The notes beneath the pieces were generated by a model, which was not told the origin of the DNA, searched no databases, and saw only the letters and a program-made list of their open reading frames with translations. 64,000 nt of DNA, taken from positions 37,657 through 101,656 of the forward strand of contig JBFGLM010000011.1 in assembly GCA_041576165.1 (NCBI GenBank), read 5' to 3'. This stretch comes from Acidimicrobiia bacterium. GTDB lineage: Bacteria > Actinomycetota > Acidimicrobiia > Spongiisociales > Spongiisociaceae. A program made the position numbers and the translations under genes. Positions 49,133-59,008 of the stretch are shown here, piece by piece; positions within the stretch are counted from its first letter, which is position 1; the number at the start of each line of letters is the position of its first letter.

Positions 49133-49594
49133 ATGCCGGAGCTTTCCGCCGGATTGCTCATCTTCCGTTTTGAGAGCGACGAACCCGAGGTTCTGCTCGG
49201 TCGCCTGGGAGGGCCGTTTTGGGCCCGGCGAGAACATTGGACGGTGCCCAAAGGGCTGGTCGAGGAGGGCGAAGAGCCATTCGCCGCGGCCCTGCGCGAG
49301 TTTGAGGAGGAAACCGGCTGGCCCCCTCCACCGGGCGAGGCCATCCCGCTGGGTGAAATACGGCAGAGGGGCGGTAAGCGGGTCGTCGCCTGGGCGCTGG
49401 AAGGATGGTTCGATCCAAAGACCATGCGGCCCGGCGTCTTTGAGATGGAGTGGCCGCCCCACTCCGGGCAGACTCGGGAATTCCCGGAGCTGGCCGAGGT
49501 CCGATGGTTCCGGGCGGATGATGCCTTGGACAAGATCAACCAGGCGCAAGTCCCGCTCGTCACCGCTCTGATCGAAGCGCTGGTCGGGGTGTAG
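49133..49594 (+). CDS. NUDIX hydrolase
   Basis: WTVPKG...GE....AALREFEEETG Nudix box; MEWPPHSG..FPE. Confidence 0.9.
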   Translation: MPELSAGLLIFRFESDEPEVLLGRLGGPFWARREHWTVPKGLVEEGEEPFAAALREFEEETGWPPPPGEAIPLGEIRQRGGKRVVAWALEGWFDPKTMRPGVFEMEWPPHSGQTREFPELAEVRWFRADDALDKINQAQVPLVTALIEALVGV

Positions 49595-49867
49595 GCGACC
49601 CAAAGGCGGGATGCGGGCGGGCAACGCCGGCGCCGGTTCCTCCGGCACCCCGCGACCACGTCGGCTGTCGAACTCGCTGTCATCTCGTGCAAGACCCTTC
49701 GAGAGCCGCGCACGGGTCGCCCGTGGCTTGGAGCCGCGTCTGACTGAGGCCTGACGATGGCCTCGCCCGGCGACGCCGCGGTCAGCAGGCCGTCAGAGGT
49801 CCTGCGACACAATCGCCGAGCGTTGTGATCACACCCGCAATTCGCACATGACAGCAAGGAGAATGAG

Positions 49868-50308
49868 ATGACCAGATTGCGATTCCTGATATTGATCGCC
49901 TTACTCGCTGTGGCGGCGCTGGCCGGCGGTGCTGCCTTGGCCAGCGACGCACCAGCAGCGCAGCCGGCCGGCGTGGCCGCTTCCGCCGCAAGCGCCCGAG
50001 CCGCGGCAGCGCCCGATGGAGGACCGGAGACATTCCCGGAGACATCCCAGGCGGATAGCCCAGGCGACCAACAGAGTTCCGAGGACAGTGACGACGCCGT
50101 CGAAGGTCCGGACGTTCCAATCACCGGATCGGACCTGGATCGTGCCACCGAGGCTGCACTCGCCTTCACCGGCGAAGGGCACGTAACCGACACCGAAGTC
50201 GGAGATGAAGAGAGCTACTACGAGGTCGAGATCACTCTCGGTGACGGCCGCCAGATCGACGTCCAGCTCGATGAGGCTTTCAACGTCGTGGGACCGACTG
50301 ACTACTGA
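49868..50308 (+). CDS. Secreted PepSY-domain protein
   Basis: Signal peptide; YYEVEITLGDGRQIDVQLDEAFNVV; SD AAGGAG. Confidence 0.85.
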   Translation: MTRLRFLILIALLAVAALAGGAALASDAPAAQPAGVAASAASARAAAAPDGGPETFPETSQADSPGDQQSSEDSDDAVEGPDVPITGSDLDRATEAALAFTGEGHVTDTEVGDEESYYEVEITLGDGRQIDVQLDEAFNVVGPTDY

Positions 50309-50554
50309 TCTGGACCTGCCAATCGCCGGCCTCGGCCATCATGGGCGGGGCCGGCGTCAAGCCGTCCAGGAACCGATTCACCACTCGTGGGCCCGCGGCG
50401 GATGATCGCTCCCACAGGAGCGCGGGCGGTGATGCAGAAATCTGGGTGGGGCGCCGGCGCCGGTGGACACGGAACCCTACCCGGGAAGCGGCTCCCCCGA
50501 ATGCCCGTATCGCCCGCAGAGACCAAGGTCTAATCTCCTCCGCCGGAGGTTGTC

Positions 50555-50635
50555 ATGGAACTGGCGTCCGCATCCCGCCGGCCGCGGAGTCAGCCAACGG
50601 CGCGAACGAATTCGAACTCCAGATCCCATGACTGA
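50555..50635 (+). CDS. Putative 26-aa leader peptide (uORF) of kup: MELASASRRPRSQPTARTNSNSRSHD
   Basis: SD GGAGG 5 nt before ATG 50555; TAATCT -10 at 50531; stop overlaps the kup start (CATGACTGA). Confidence 0.5.
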   Translation: MELASASRRPRSQPTARTNSNSRSHD

Positions 50636-52535
50636 ATCGTCCCGGCCGTCTTCGCCGGTCGGGGGCCGCCGCACGACCGCCTACCTGGCGGTGCTGTCAG
50701 TCGGCGCTCTGGGCGTCGTCTTCGGCGACATCGGCACCAGTCCGCTCTACGCGTTTCGAGAGTCCTTCGCGGCGGGCGGGTTGGAGGCCGGCCGGGAGGC
50801 AGCCAAAGGGATCGCCTCGCTCATGTTCTGGGCGATGACGGTGATCGTCAGCATCAAGTATCTGGTCTTCGTCATGCGGGCCGACAACGATGGGGAAGGC
50901 GGGATTCTGGCGCTCACTTCGCTCATAACCCCCCTGAGCCACACGAGCCGGTCCCGCACACGTCGGGTACTGGTCGCCACCGGCCTCTTCGGTACCGCCC
51001 TCTTGTACGGGGATGGAATGATCACACCCGCCATCTCGGTCCTGTCCGCAGTGGAGGGGCTCGAGGTGGCGGCCCCGGCTACCCGCCCGTTTGTGGTACC
51101 CGCAGCGGTCGTGATCCTCATCGGCCTCTTCAGCATCCAGCGACGCGGCACCGCCTCGATCGGGGCCATGTTCGGTCCGATCATGATCATCTGGTTCGGC
51201 CTGCTCGCCGCTCTCGGCGTTTCGCAGATGATCACCGAGCCCGGGGTGATTGCGGCGCTCAATCCGGCCGTCGGAATCGAGTTCTTTGCCGAGCAGCCCG
51301 GGCGGGCCTTCCGTGCTCTGGGCGCAGTGTTTCTGGTCGTCACCGGGAGCGAGGCGCTCTATGCGGACATGGGCCATTTCGGGCGCCAGCCGATTCGAAT
51401 CGGATGGTTCAGCCTGGTCCTGCCGGCGCTGACGCTCAACTACCTCGGCCAAGCCGCCCTCATCAGCCGCGACCCGGGGGCGGTCGACAACCCGTTCTTC
51501 CGGATGGCGCCCACCTGGTCGCTGGTTCCGTTGGTGGTCGTCGCAACGCTCGCCACGGTGATCGCCTCACAGGCGCTGATAACCGGGGCTTACTCGTTGA
51601 CGATGCAGGCAGTGCACCTGGGGTACCTGCCGCGAGTACACATCGACCACACCTCTCCCCGTGAGATCGGCCAGGTCTACATCGCATCGATCAACTGGGT
51701 CTTGATGGTGGCGTGTGTTGGCCTGGTCGTCGCCTTTCGATCCTCGACCAACCTGGCCGCTGCCTACGGGGTGGCCGTGACCACGACCATGCTGATCACG
51801 ACCGCGCTTCTCTACTGGGTGATGCGCCACCGCTGGCAGTGGCATCCAGTGGCAGTGGCGGCCCTCACCGCCCTCTTCGCGCTAGTCGACACAGCGTTCT
51901 TCGCAGCGAACATCCTGAAGATCGGGGCCGGCGGCTGGTTCCCGATCGTGATCGGCATCCTCGTGTTCACGGTCATGACCACCTGGCGTCGCGGTCGCGA
52001 GATTCTCGATGACCGGCTTGAGGGCGCCCACTTGCCGATCGAACGTTTCATCGGCTCGATCAGCGAGCACCCGCAGCAAAGGGTGGCCGGAACTGCCGTC
52101 TTCCTGATCCGCAACGCCGGCACCACACCCCCGGCCCTGTTGGCCAACCTCCGCTCCAATGAGGTTCTCCACGAAACGGTGGTCCTCGTGACGGTTCGTG
52201 TCGCCGACACTCCGGTGGTCCCGCCCGCCCGGCGGCGCACCGTCCATGAGCTGGGCGGCGGCTTCTATCAAGTCACCCTCACCTACGGATTCATGGAGCA
52301 GTTCGCTGTTCCGGAGGATCTATCCGCCATCGTCCACCCGGCTTTTGGCTTCGACCTAACCGACGCGACCTTTTTCCTGGGCAAGGAGACCGTGACGTCC
52401 ACCGACCGGCCGGGGATGGCGCGCTGGCGGGAACGGCTCTTCGCAGTGATGCATCGCAATGCCACGAGTGCCGCTCAGCATTTCGGCCTGCCGATCGAGC
52501 AGGTCGTGGAGGTGGGCTCACAGGTCGAGCTCTGA
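50628..52535 (+). CDS. kup: Potassium transporter Kup (KUP/HAK/KT)
   Basis: GVVFGDIGTSPLYA, DNDGEGGILAL, GDGMITPAISVLSAVEGL, TGSEALYADMGHF. Confidence 0.96.
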   Translation: MTESSRPSSPVGGRRTTAYLAVLSVGALGVVFGDIGTSPLYAFRESFAAGGLEAGREAAKGIASLMFWAMTVIVSIKYLVFVMRADNDGEGGILALTSLITPLSHTSRSRTRRVLVATGLFGTALLYGDGMITPAISVLSAVEGLEVAAPATRPFVVPAAVVILIGLFSIQRRGTASIGAMFGPIMIIWFGLLAALGVSQMITEPGVIAALNPAVGIEFFAEQPGRAFRALGAVFLVVTGSEALYADMGHFGRQPIRIGWFSLVLPALTLNYLGQAALISRDPGAVDNPFFRMAPTWSLVPLVVVATLATVIASQALITGAYSLTMQAVHLGYLPRVHIDHTSPREIGQVYIASINWVLMVACVGLVVAFRSSTNLAAAYGVAVTTTMLITTALLYWVMRHRWQWHPVAVAALTALFALVDTAFFAANILKIGAGGWFPIVIGILVFTVMTTWRRGREILDDRLEGAHLPIERFIGSISEHPQQRVAGTAVFLIRNAGTTPPALLANLRSNEVLHETVVLVTVRVADTPVVPPARRRTVHELGGGFYQVTLTYGFMEQFAVPEDLSAIVHPAFGFDLTDATFFLGKETVTSTDRPGMARWRERLFAVMHRNATSAAQHFGLPIEQVVEVGSQVEL

Positions 52536-52545
52536 CGACATCGGC

Positions 52546-53382
52546 TCAGTCGGGTCCGATCGGCTCGCCCGAGTCGCGTTCCCGGACGGCCTGGGCAAAC
52601 CCGACAGTTTCTGCCCGCTGCTTGAACCACATCCCCTCGGGGGAGTGGCGTGTGATCCCATCAAAGATCGTGGCGATCATCTGGGTCTGCAGGAGACCCA
52701 TCGAATCAACCGCCTGATTGACCATGAGTTTGTGCATCATCAGCTGGTTACGCGGCACGCTGGCCATTCGCTGAGCAAGTTCTCGTACGCGCTGATCGAG
52801 CTGATCATCCGGCACGGATTCCAGCACCAAGCCGATGTCTGCGGCCTCTTGCCCATCGATCATGTCGCCGGTCAGGAGCATCCGCTTGGCCCGTTCGGGA
52901 CCGAGGCGGTACACCCACATTGCAGTCGTGGGGCAGCCCCACACCCGGGCGGGCGGGTAGCCGATCTGCGCGTCGTGGGACATGACCACCAGGTCACATG
53001 CCAGGGCAATGTCGGAGCCGCCGGCGACCGCATACCCGCGAACCTTGGCGACAGTCGGCTTATAACTGCGCCACAGAGCCATGAAATCCTGGGTGTTGGC
53101 AAACATCATCTCGAAATCCACCATCGGATCCCATGGCATCGGTTGTGAATACGGCGCATCCGGACGTTCCGCGAACTCCTTGAGGTCGTAGCCCGAACAG
53201 AACGCCCGGCCCTCCCCGGTCACGACGATCACATGCACACCGTCGTCGGACTGCGCCTGCTCGACGGCCCGCCGGATCTCAGCCGGCATGTAATGGTCGA
53301 TCGCGTTCAGGCGATCGGGTCGGGCCAGGGTGATCGTCGCGACCCGTCCCTCGACCTCGTATCGGATGCTCCGATAGTCCAC
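52546..53382 (-). CDS. Crotonase/enoyl-CoA hydratase family protein
   Basis: RAFCSGYDL, AVAGGSDIALACD, IGYPPARVWG. Confidence 0.93.
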   Translation of the reverse strand: MDYRSIRYEVEGRVATITLARPDRLNAIDHYMPAEIRRAVEQAQSDDGVHVIVVTGEGRAFCSGYDLKEFAERPDAPYSQPMPWDPMVDFEMMFANTQDFMALWRSYKPTVAKVRGYAVAGGSDIALACDLVVMSHDAQIGYPPARVWGCPTTAMWVYRLGPERAKRMLLTGDMIDGQEAADIGLVLESVPDDQLDQRVRELAQRMASVPRNQLMMHKLMVNQAVDSMGLLQTQMIATIFDGITRHSPEGMWFKQRAETVGFAQAVRERDSGEPIGPD

Positions 53383-53406
53383 TCGCTTATCCCTCCTGAG
53401 CTTGTT

Positions 53407-55119
53407 TCACGTGCTGGGTTCGGCCGAGCCCAGCCACACTTCCACAGGGGCCAGCACCTCGACCGGACGTCCCAGCCGATCCGTAACGGCCGGAGCCGAC
53501 GCCGACTGCGCCGCCGCGAACACGAACTGGTCGTCGACAAATACCGGCACGGGTGCGCCCTGCGGGTCGCCGAAGGTTTCCGCACTGAAGGCGCGCCAGC
53601 TCACGCCATCGACTGAGATGACGAAATGTCCGCCCACGCCGGCACGATCTGCTGCTGGTACCGGGCTCGATGCGAATGGGCCGAACATCCCCAATGGCGC
53701 GCTGAACTCAACCTCACCAAACTGATCGGTAACCGACAGGAGCTGAGACGACGGATCCAACCGCAACGCCGGTTTCCCGCGCTCCACAAACGACGAATGC
53801 TGGTAGAGGACCTCTCCCGTCTCATCGATCAGCACCACGCTCCGTCCCCGCCCGGCGATGACCAGCGCACCTTCGTCGCTCGCCACCGTGCCATCTCCTT
53901 CGCGGGTCATCCGCCACTCGGGCCCGCCCATCATGGCGGCAAACCCGGCAGTGCCGCCTGCAGCCCCCACGACGTCGCCATATGCGCCGAGCGGCAGCAT
54001 TGCATCGCCTGTGAGCGGCTGCCACATCCCCAGGACGAGCTCGAAAACCTCGGGGAATCCGTCCGTGACCGCCACCAGGCGGTCGCCCCACGCTTCCACC
54101 CGGCCGGGCCGGGGGGGAGGGTCATGGTTTACCCACGTCAACCCGTCTCGGGAGGTGAGCGTACCGCGACCGCGGGGGGTTTCGCCGACGATGACCACCG
54201 TCCCGTCGGAGAGCGTGGTGGTCGTGTCGATCCGGGTCACATCGACCCCGGCCGTCGGGACCCACCGCTCGAAATCCGTAGTGCGCCACGCTATGACGTC
54301 GGTCACGCCGGTCGAACCGGTGATCCCGAGCGCCACTGATGGCCACTCCCCCAGGACCACGCCGAGGGGCCCGTAGGCTCGGACCCACGTGTCCTCGACG
54401 GCGAGATATACCAGCTCGGCATGGTCCGAGAGGACGTCCTCCCAGCCCGATCCGAGCGAATCCAGGATGGTCGGCACGATCACCTGCCCAACCTCGCCCA
54501 GGACCAGCGCGTAATCGTCGGTCACTATCAGCGCGGCCGGTTTGGCCCCGTTCACCGTCGGTTGCAGGCGGTGGGAGGTCCAGTCGACTCCGTTGAAAGA
54601 TGCGAGGACGACTATGTCGTTCGCAGCAGGCGCAGGCTCAACCCGATATGGCAGGGCGTCAACCCCGGCAGCAACGACCCTACCGGACGAGATTTCCACC
54701 ATCCGCACATCGATGGATGGGTCGAGGACGACTCCCCGAGCGTGCCATTCGGGGCCGGGGCCGAACTCCCATGCCGCGAGGCCGGAGTGCATACCCCACG
54801 GGACACCGAACGCCCACACTGAACCACCGACTTGTCCGACCGCCAACAACTGAGTGGTCTCGAGCTGCCCGGTTGCCTGCCACGTCAGTGCAGGCAGAGC
54901 GGAGCGTGGCAGTTCGGGCGCCGAGTGTTCCTCGAAGGCGACGGTAGGTGCCGTCTCGGTGGCGCGCACCATGACCCCCATTGCGGCGGCTCCGATCACC
55001 CCGACGACCGCAATCGGCAGCCACGGAGGGATCCGACGCGTCGGTGCAGGGGCACCGTCCAGCGTGACCGGGCCGGCTCGTCCATGCCGCTCGGACAGCG
55101 TATCGCCTCGCATGCTCAC
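53407..55119 (-). CDS. Membrane-anchored hypothetical protein with Asp-box-like repeats
   Basis: N-terminal TM helix; SFNGVDW, SRDGLTW, SVDGVSW motifs. Confidence 0.7.
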   Translation of the reverse strand: MSMRGDTLSERHGRAGPVTLDGAPAPTRRIPPWLPIAVVGVIGAAAMGVMVRATETAPTVAFEEHSAPELPRSALPALTWQATGQLETTQLLAVGQVGGSVWAFGVPWGMHSGLAAWEFGPGPEWHARGVVLDPSIDVRMVEISSGRVVAAGVDALPYRVEPAPAANDIVVLASFNGVDWTSHRLQPTVNGAKPAALIVTDDYALVLGEVGQVIVPTILDSLGSGWEDVLSDHAELVYLAVEDTWVRAYGPLGVVLGEWPSVALGITGSTGVTDVIAWRTTDFERWVPTAGVDVTRIDTTTTLSDGTVVIVGETPRGRGTLTSRDGLTWVNHDPPPRPGRVEAWGDRLVAVTDGFPEVFELVLGMWQPLTGDAMLPLGAYGDVVGAAGGTAGFAAMMGGPEWRMTREGDGTVASDEGALVIAGRGRSVVLIDETGEVLYQHSSFVERGKPALRLDPSSQLLSVTDQFGEVEFSAPLGMFGPFASSPVPAADRAGVGGHFVISVDGVSWRAFSAETFGDPQGAPVPVFVDDQFVFAAAQSASAPAVTDRLGRPVEVLAPVEVWLGSAEPST

Positions 55120-55315
55120 GGCCGACGTCTACCCGATGGCTGCATCACGAACCTGTCTCATGTCGCACAACCATCTGCACACATGTGCGGCACCGGGCAG
55201 GTCGGTCGAACACCAGCCGCACAATGACACAATCCAACGCTACCTCGCCGCCCTGGCTCGACAAGGCAAAAAGCAGACGGCGTCGGACTCCGGAAACATC
55301 GTCCGTAGCGCCCGG

Positions 55316-56485
55316 TCACCGACGGGCCGCCAGCACTGCCTCGGCAATGTCACGCTCGAGCTGGGCCGGATACGGATGAAGACCGGGCTCGAACCCGGCG
55401 GCACCGCCGCTGAGGATCCAGCTGATGCCGCGCAGGATCATCGCGGAGAAGGGATCGAACAGCTCATCGGTGGCCGGCATCACACCGGGGGCCAGGTTGA
55501 GAAGGTTCCCCCGGTTGAGAACGTAGATGCTCCGGTCGCCGAGCTCATACCGTTCGATGAACCGGCGCACGGGGCGGTGTGGGTGCTGGTCGAGCCATCC
55601 CAGGTCGATCTCCCGATTGGTGTGACCGACGTTGCAGAGGAATGCGCCGTCGGGAACCCGCGCCAGCACGGATCCCTCCAGGACGCCGTCGACCCCGGTG
55701 GCGGTGACGACAATCCCGGCGTCGCCGATTCCTTCCTCCAAGTTGACCACACGGCATCCGTACTGCTGCGCTTCGTTGCCTCTGACCGGGTCGACATCTG
55801 CCACCGAGACGATGGCGCCCAGCTGTCGAGCCCGAACCGCGACGCCCTGACCGACCGGCCCGAAGCCGACCACGAGCACCGACCGTCCGTGCACCGCCAG
55901 CCCGGTGATCGCCGAGAACGTGGGCCACAGCTCCGCTCCTACGTGGTGACGGTTGTGAACCCGATCTTTCAGTGCGACGTCGTTCCAGTTGAACACAGGG
56001 AACGTCAACGTCACTCCACCCAGGCGGTGCAAACCGCTGGTCGTTGCCTCTAACCCGCCCATGGGCCGATGGCCGGCGGCGGCCGCAGCCGATACCAACT
56101 CGCCGCCCATGTCCGAGATCACATCCGCCGGCTCGGATGCCGCCCACGCCAGACCGGCCTGATATTCGCTTTGGCTCATCCCAGCCCAGGCCCACACTTC
56201 TGCTCCGCTGGCCGCCAGGTGGGCGGCGGCGCGGTCGTCGGTACTGTCGGGATTGCAGGCGGCGACGCGCACCCGGGCGCCGGCGCGCACGAAGGGGAGA
56301 AGAATGGCCGCCGAGTCCAGCAACACGTGCTGAAACGCCGCGATAGTGCGGCCGGCTACATGGCCCCCGTCGATGGCGTCCCCCGCTGCGGTGGTCACTG
56401 GCCGGGTCACCCTCCACCATGCCAGCGTCTCGGCATCGACCAGTTCCGCCAGCGATGGGTCCTTCACCCGGCTCGTCATCCCCAC
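55316..56485 (-). CDS. Adenosylhomocysteinase (AhcY)-like protein, divergent paralog
   Basis: AACNPDSTDD, EATTSGLHRL, Rossmann GFGPVGQG, TATG, NVGH, GNLLNL. Confidence 0.85.
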   Translation of the reverse strand: MGMTSRVKDPSLAELVDAETLAWWRVTRPVTTAAGDAIDGGHVAGRTIAAFQHVLLDSAAILLPFVRAGARVRVAACNPDSTDDRAAAHLAASGAEVWAWAGMSQSEYQAGLAWAASEPADVISDMGGELVSAAAAAGHRPMGGLEATTSGLHRLGGVTLTFPVFNWNDVALKDRVHNRHHVGAELWPTFSAITGLAVHGRSVLVVGFGPVGQGVAVRARQLGAIVSVADVDPVRGNEAQQYGCRVVNLEEGIGDAGIVVTATGVDGVLEGSVLARVPDGAFLCNVGHTNREIDLGWLDQHPHRPVRRFIERYELGDRSIYVLNRGNLLNLAPGVMPATDELFDPFSAMILRGISWILSGGAAGFEPGLHPYPAQLERDIAEAVLAARR

Positions 56486-56547
56486 CCGGCCGAGGCTACC
56501 CGTCGCCTGTCAAATGCGAACAGGTCTGCTTAGGACCAAGCACGCAC

Positions 56548-56979
56548 TCAGGGATTCAGCATGTCGAGGATGCCGGTGGCTTGGCCGACCTCGATCAAGT
56601 GGCCGTCAGGATCTCGGACGTAGGCGCGAAGCTCCGCGCCCCAGTCCACCGGATCGGTCAGGAACTCGATACCGCGGCTGTGCCACCGCGCTCGCTCACG
56701 TTCGATATCGGCCACCCGAAGGTTGAGGAAGGCCGAGACCGGGGCACCCGGGTCGGGCACGTCCAGCGTGATAGCGGGCTTGTCGGGTGTCCCGGGGCCG
56801 CCCGGGTTGAGAATCAGCCATGAATTCGCGGCTTTGAGGATGACCGGGTTCTCCTCCACGATGACATCCGCGTCGAGCAGCCGGACGTAGAAGTCGCGGG
56901 ACGCTGCCGGGTCGGAAACCACCAGGAAGTGGGTGAGCAGTACACCTTCCTCCGGAGCTGGGAAATCGGACCGTTGCAC
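56548..56979 (-). CDS. VOC/glyoxalase family protein
   Basis: LTHFLVVSD..SRDFY..YVRDPDGHLIEVGQ. Confidence 0.92.
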   Translation of the reverse strand: MQRSDFPAPEEGVLLTHFLVVSDPAASRDFYVRLLDADVIVEENPVILKAANSWLILNPGGPGTPDKPAITLDVPDPGAPVSAFLNLRVADIERERARWHSRGIEFLTDPVDWGAELRAYVRDPDGHLIEVGQATGILDMLNP

Positions 56980-57117
56980 GAGACCACCTTTCGTCGCCGT
57001 TGCACCTTATGACAACGACGGCGCCGGCCGGCTATTTCGACGCCTCGGCCGACTGGAGCTCGCGACCCGGCGACTTGTAGAATCCTCAGGCACGACGACG
57101 CCATTCCCGGAATCGCC

Positions 57118-57741
57118 ATGTCCACCGATACCGAGCTCATTTATGTTGCCGATCCGATGTGTTCGTGGTGCTACGGCTTCGCTCCCGAACTCGAACGGTT
57201 CCTCGCCGACAAGCCGATCCCCTCCCGCTTGGTCATGGGCGGGCTCTGGGTCGGGGCCCGGGTCCAGCCGCTGACGGAGCAACTCAAGCGATATCTCCGC
57301 CACGCCTGGGGCAACGTCGGTGCAATGTCGGGCCAGCCTTTCACCTACGACATCCTCGAATGGAGTGAGGAATGGGTCTACGACACAGAACCGGCATGCC
57401 GAGCAGTCGTCACCATGCGGGAACTCGACCCCACCGCAGTCCATCGTTTCTTCAACACGCTGCAGTACGCGTTCTACGCGGAGAACCGCGACATCACAGA
57501 CGACTTCGTATTCGCTTCGCTGCTCGAGGGGTACCGGGTCGACGTCGATACCTTCCGCCTCACGTACGGGTCCCGGGAGGTGCAAGAGCAAACACGCCAG
57601 GATTTCGACCAGGCCCGGCGGCTCGGCGCCATTGGATTCCCGACCCTGTTCCTCCGGCGCAACGGTCAGGTCGTGCCGCTCACCAAGGGCTACAAGAAGG
57701 CGAGGGACCTCCAGCGCACCCTGGAGGTGCTCGCCGGGTGA
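57118..57741 (+). CDS. DsbA-like thioredoxin-fold protein
   Basis: DPMCSWCYGF CxxC and cis-Pro GFPTL. Confidence 0.9.
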   Translation: MSTDTELIYVADPMCSWCYGFAPELERFLADKPIPSRLVMGGLWVGARVQPLTEQLKRYLRHAWGNVGAMSGQPFTYDILEWSEEWVYDTEPACRAVVTMRELDPTAVHRFFNTLQYAFYAENRDITDDFVFASLLEGYRVDVDTFRLTYGSREVQEQTRQDFDQARRLGAIGFPTLFLRRNGQVVPLTKGYKKARDLQRTLEVLAG

Positions 57742-57838
57742 ACGCGCTCGATGGCGTGGACCAGTACTCGAACCGTCGTATCGCGGAATACCACCGGAGG
57801 CTGATCCAGGAGGCAGCGCTCGGCTGTACGCTTCGGGC

Positions 57839-59008
57839 ATGGCCGTTTCCTCGTGGCTGGAGCGGTACCGACCGTGGGCCGGGCTGGTGTTCGACTGGGC
57901 GGTTGCGGTTGCCGCCGCCACGATCTCGGTTGCCCTGATCGGGGATACGGAGCTCGCCGGCACACCTCAGCCGTACGCATTAGCACTCGTCCACACGCTG
58001 CCGCTGGCCTGGCGGCGCCGCCACCCGCAGATCGTGATGGCCGTGGTCGTGGCCACCGGGCTTCTGACCGCGGTGGCCGGCTACGACCCCGTCATCCTCG
58101 GTCTGGCCCTCATCGTCGCCGTGTACACGGTGGCCGCCCTGGCTTCGATACGCCGGGCTCTGATCTGGCTGGGCGTCGTCGAGGCCGCAGTGCTATTCGG
58201 TCCTCCGCTGGCCGACGCGTTCTATTCGAGTACCACCCGCATCATCAACGGGCTGGTGGTCGCCGGGGTCTGGCTGGTCGGCCTCAACGTGGGCCAGTGG
58301 CAACGGGCGGCTCTCGCCCACCAACAGGGAGCGGCCGATCAGGCTCGCCGGGCGGTGACGGCTGAACGCCTCCGCATCGCTCGCGAACTCCACGACGTGG
58401 TAGCGCACGGCATGAGCGTCATCGCCGTCCAGGCCGGGACCGGTCGATTGCTGCTGAAATCCGACCCGGGTACCGCCGCTCGTGCTCTCCAGGTGATTGA
58501 AGCGACCAGCCGAGATGCGCTGGCGGAGATGCGCCGCTTGCTGGACGTTTTGCGTGACGAGAACGCGCTGCCCAGCGAACTCGCTCCTGCTCCACGCATC
58601 TCCGACCTGGACAGGCTCGCGGCCGGGTTCGGGGAGTCCGGACTGGCGGTGGCGCTCCGGATTGACGGCACGACCGATACGCTACCGCCGACGGTGCAGG
58701 CGTCCGTGTACCGGATCGTGCAGGAAGCGCTGACCAACGTGCTCCGCCACGCTCCGGGAGCCGGGGCACGCGTCCTGGTGCGCCAGGTTGAGAGCTTCAT
58801 CACGATGGAGATCACCAACGACGCCACTGTTCGAGCACATCCGACCATTCGCGGTGCCGGGATGGGTCTGGAGGGGATTCGTGAGCGTGCCCTGGCGTTT
58901 GGCGGCACATTCGATGCGGGGCCGACGGACAGCGGCGGTTTTCGAGTGGCAGTCAGCCTTCCGGTCGACCGCCGAAGCCCCAGCCAGCGGGAGCGCGAGC
59001 CGGCATGA
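57839..59008 (+). CDS. Membrane sensor histidine kinase (HisKA_3)
   Basis: ERLRIARELHDVVAH, YRIVQEALTNVLRHA, GMGLEGIRER. Confidence 0.93.
   Translation: MAVSSWLERYRPWAGLVFDWAVAVAAATISVALIGDTELAGTPQPYALALVHTLPLAWRRRHPQIVMAVVVATGLLTAVAGYDPVILGLALIVAVYTVAALASIRRALIWLGVVEAAVLFGPPLADAFYSSTTRIINGLVVAGVWLVGLNVGQWQRAALAHQQGAADQARRAVTAERLRIARELHDVVAHGMSVIAVQAGTGRLLLKSDPGTAARALQVIEATSRDALAEMRRLLDVLRDENALPSELAPAPRISDLDRLAAGFGESGLAVALRIDGTTDTLPPTVQASVYRIVQEALTNVLRHAPGAGARVLVRQVESFITMEITNDATVRAHPTIRGAGMGLEGIRERALAFGGTFDAGPTDSGGFRVAVSLPVDRRSPSQREREPA

Noticed and set aside
47837-49648. 603-aa amidohydrolase with an extra N-terminal domain
   Set aside because: The extension is antisense to the NUDIX gene; the real start is ATG 49027 with a good SD
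49824-49833. TGTGATCACA palindrome upstream of the PepSY gene as a CRP site
   Set aside because: Lacks the 6-nt spacer of CRP/GlxR sites and is too short to call
50310-50627. c-di-AMP (ydaO) riboswitch upstream of kup
   Set aside because: Expected from context, but I could not find its consensus elements; the uORF model fits better
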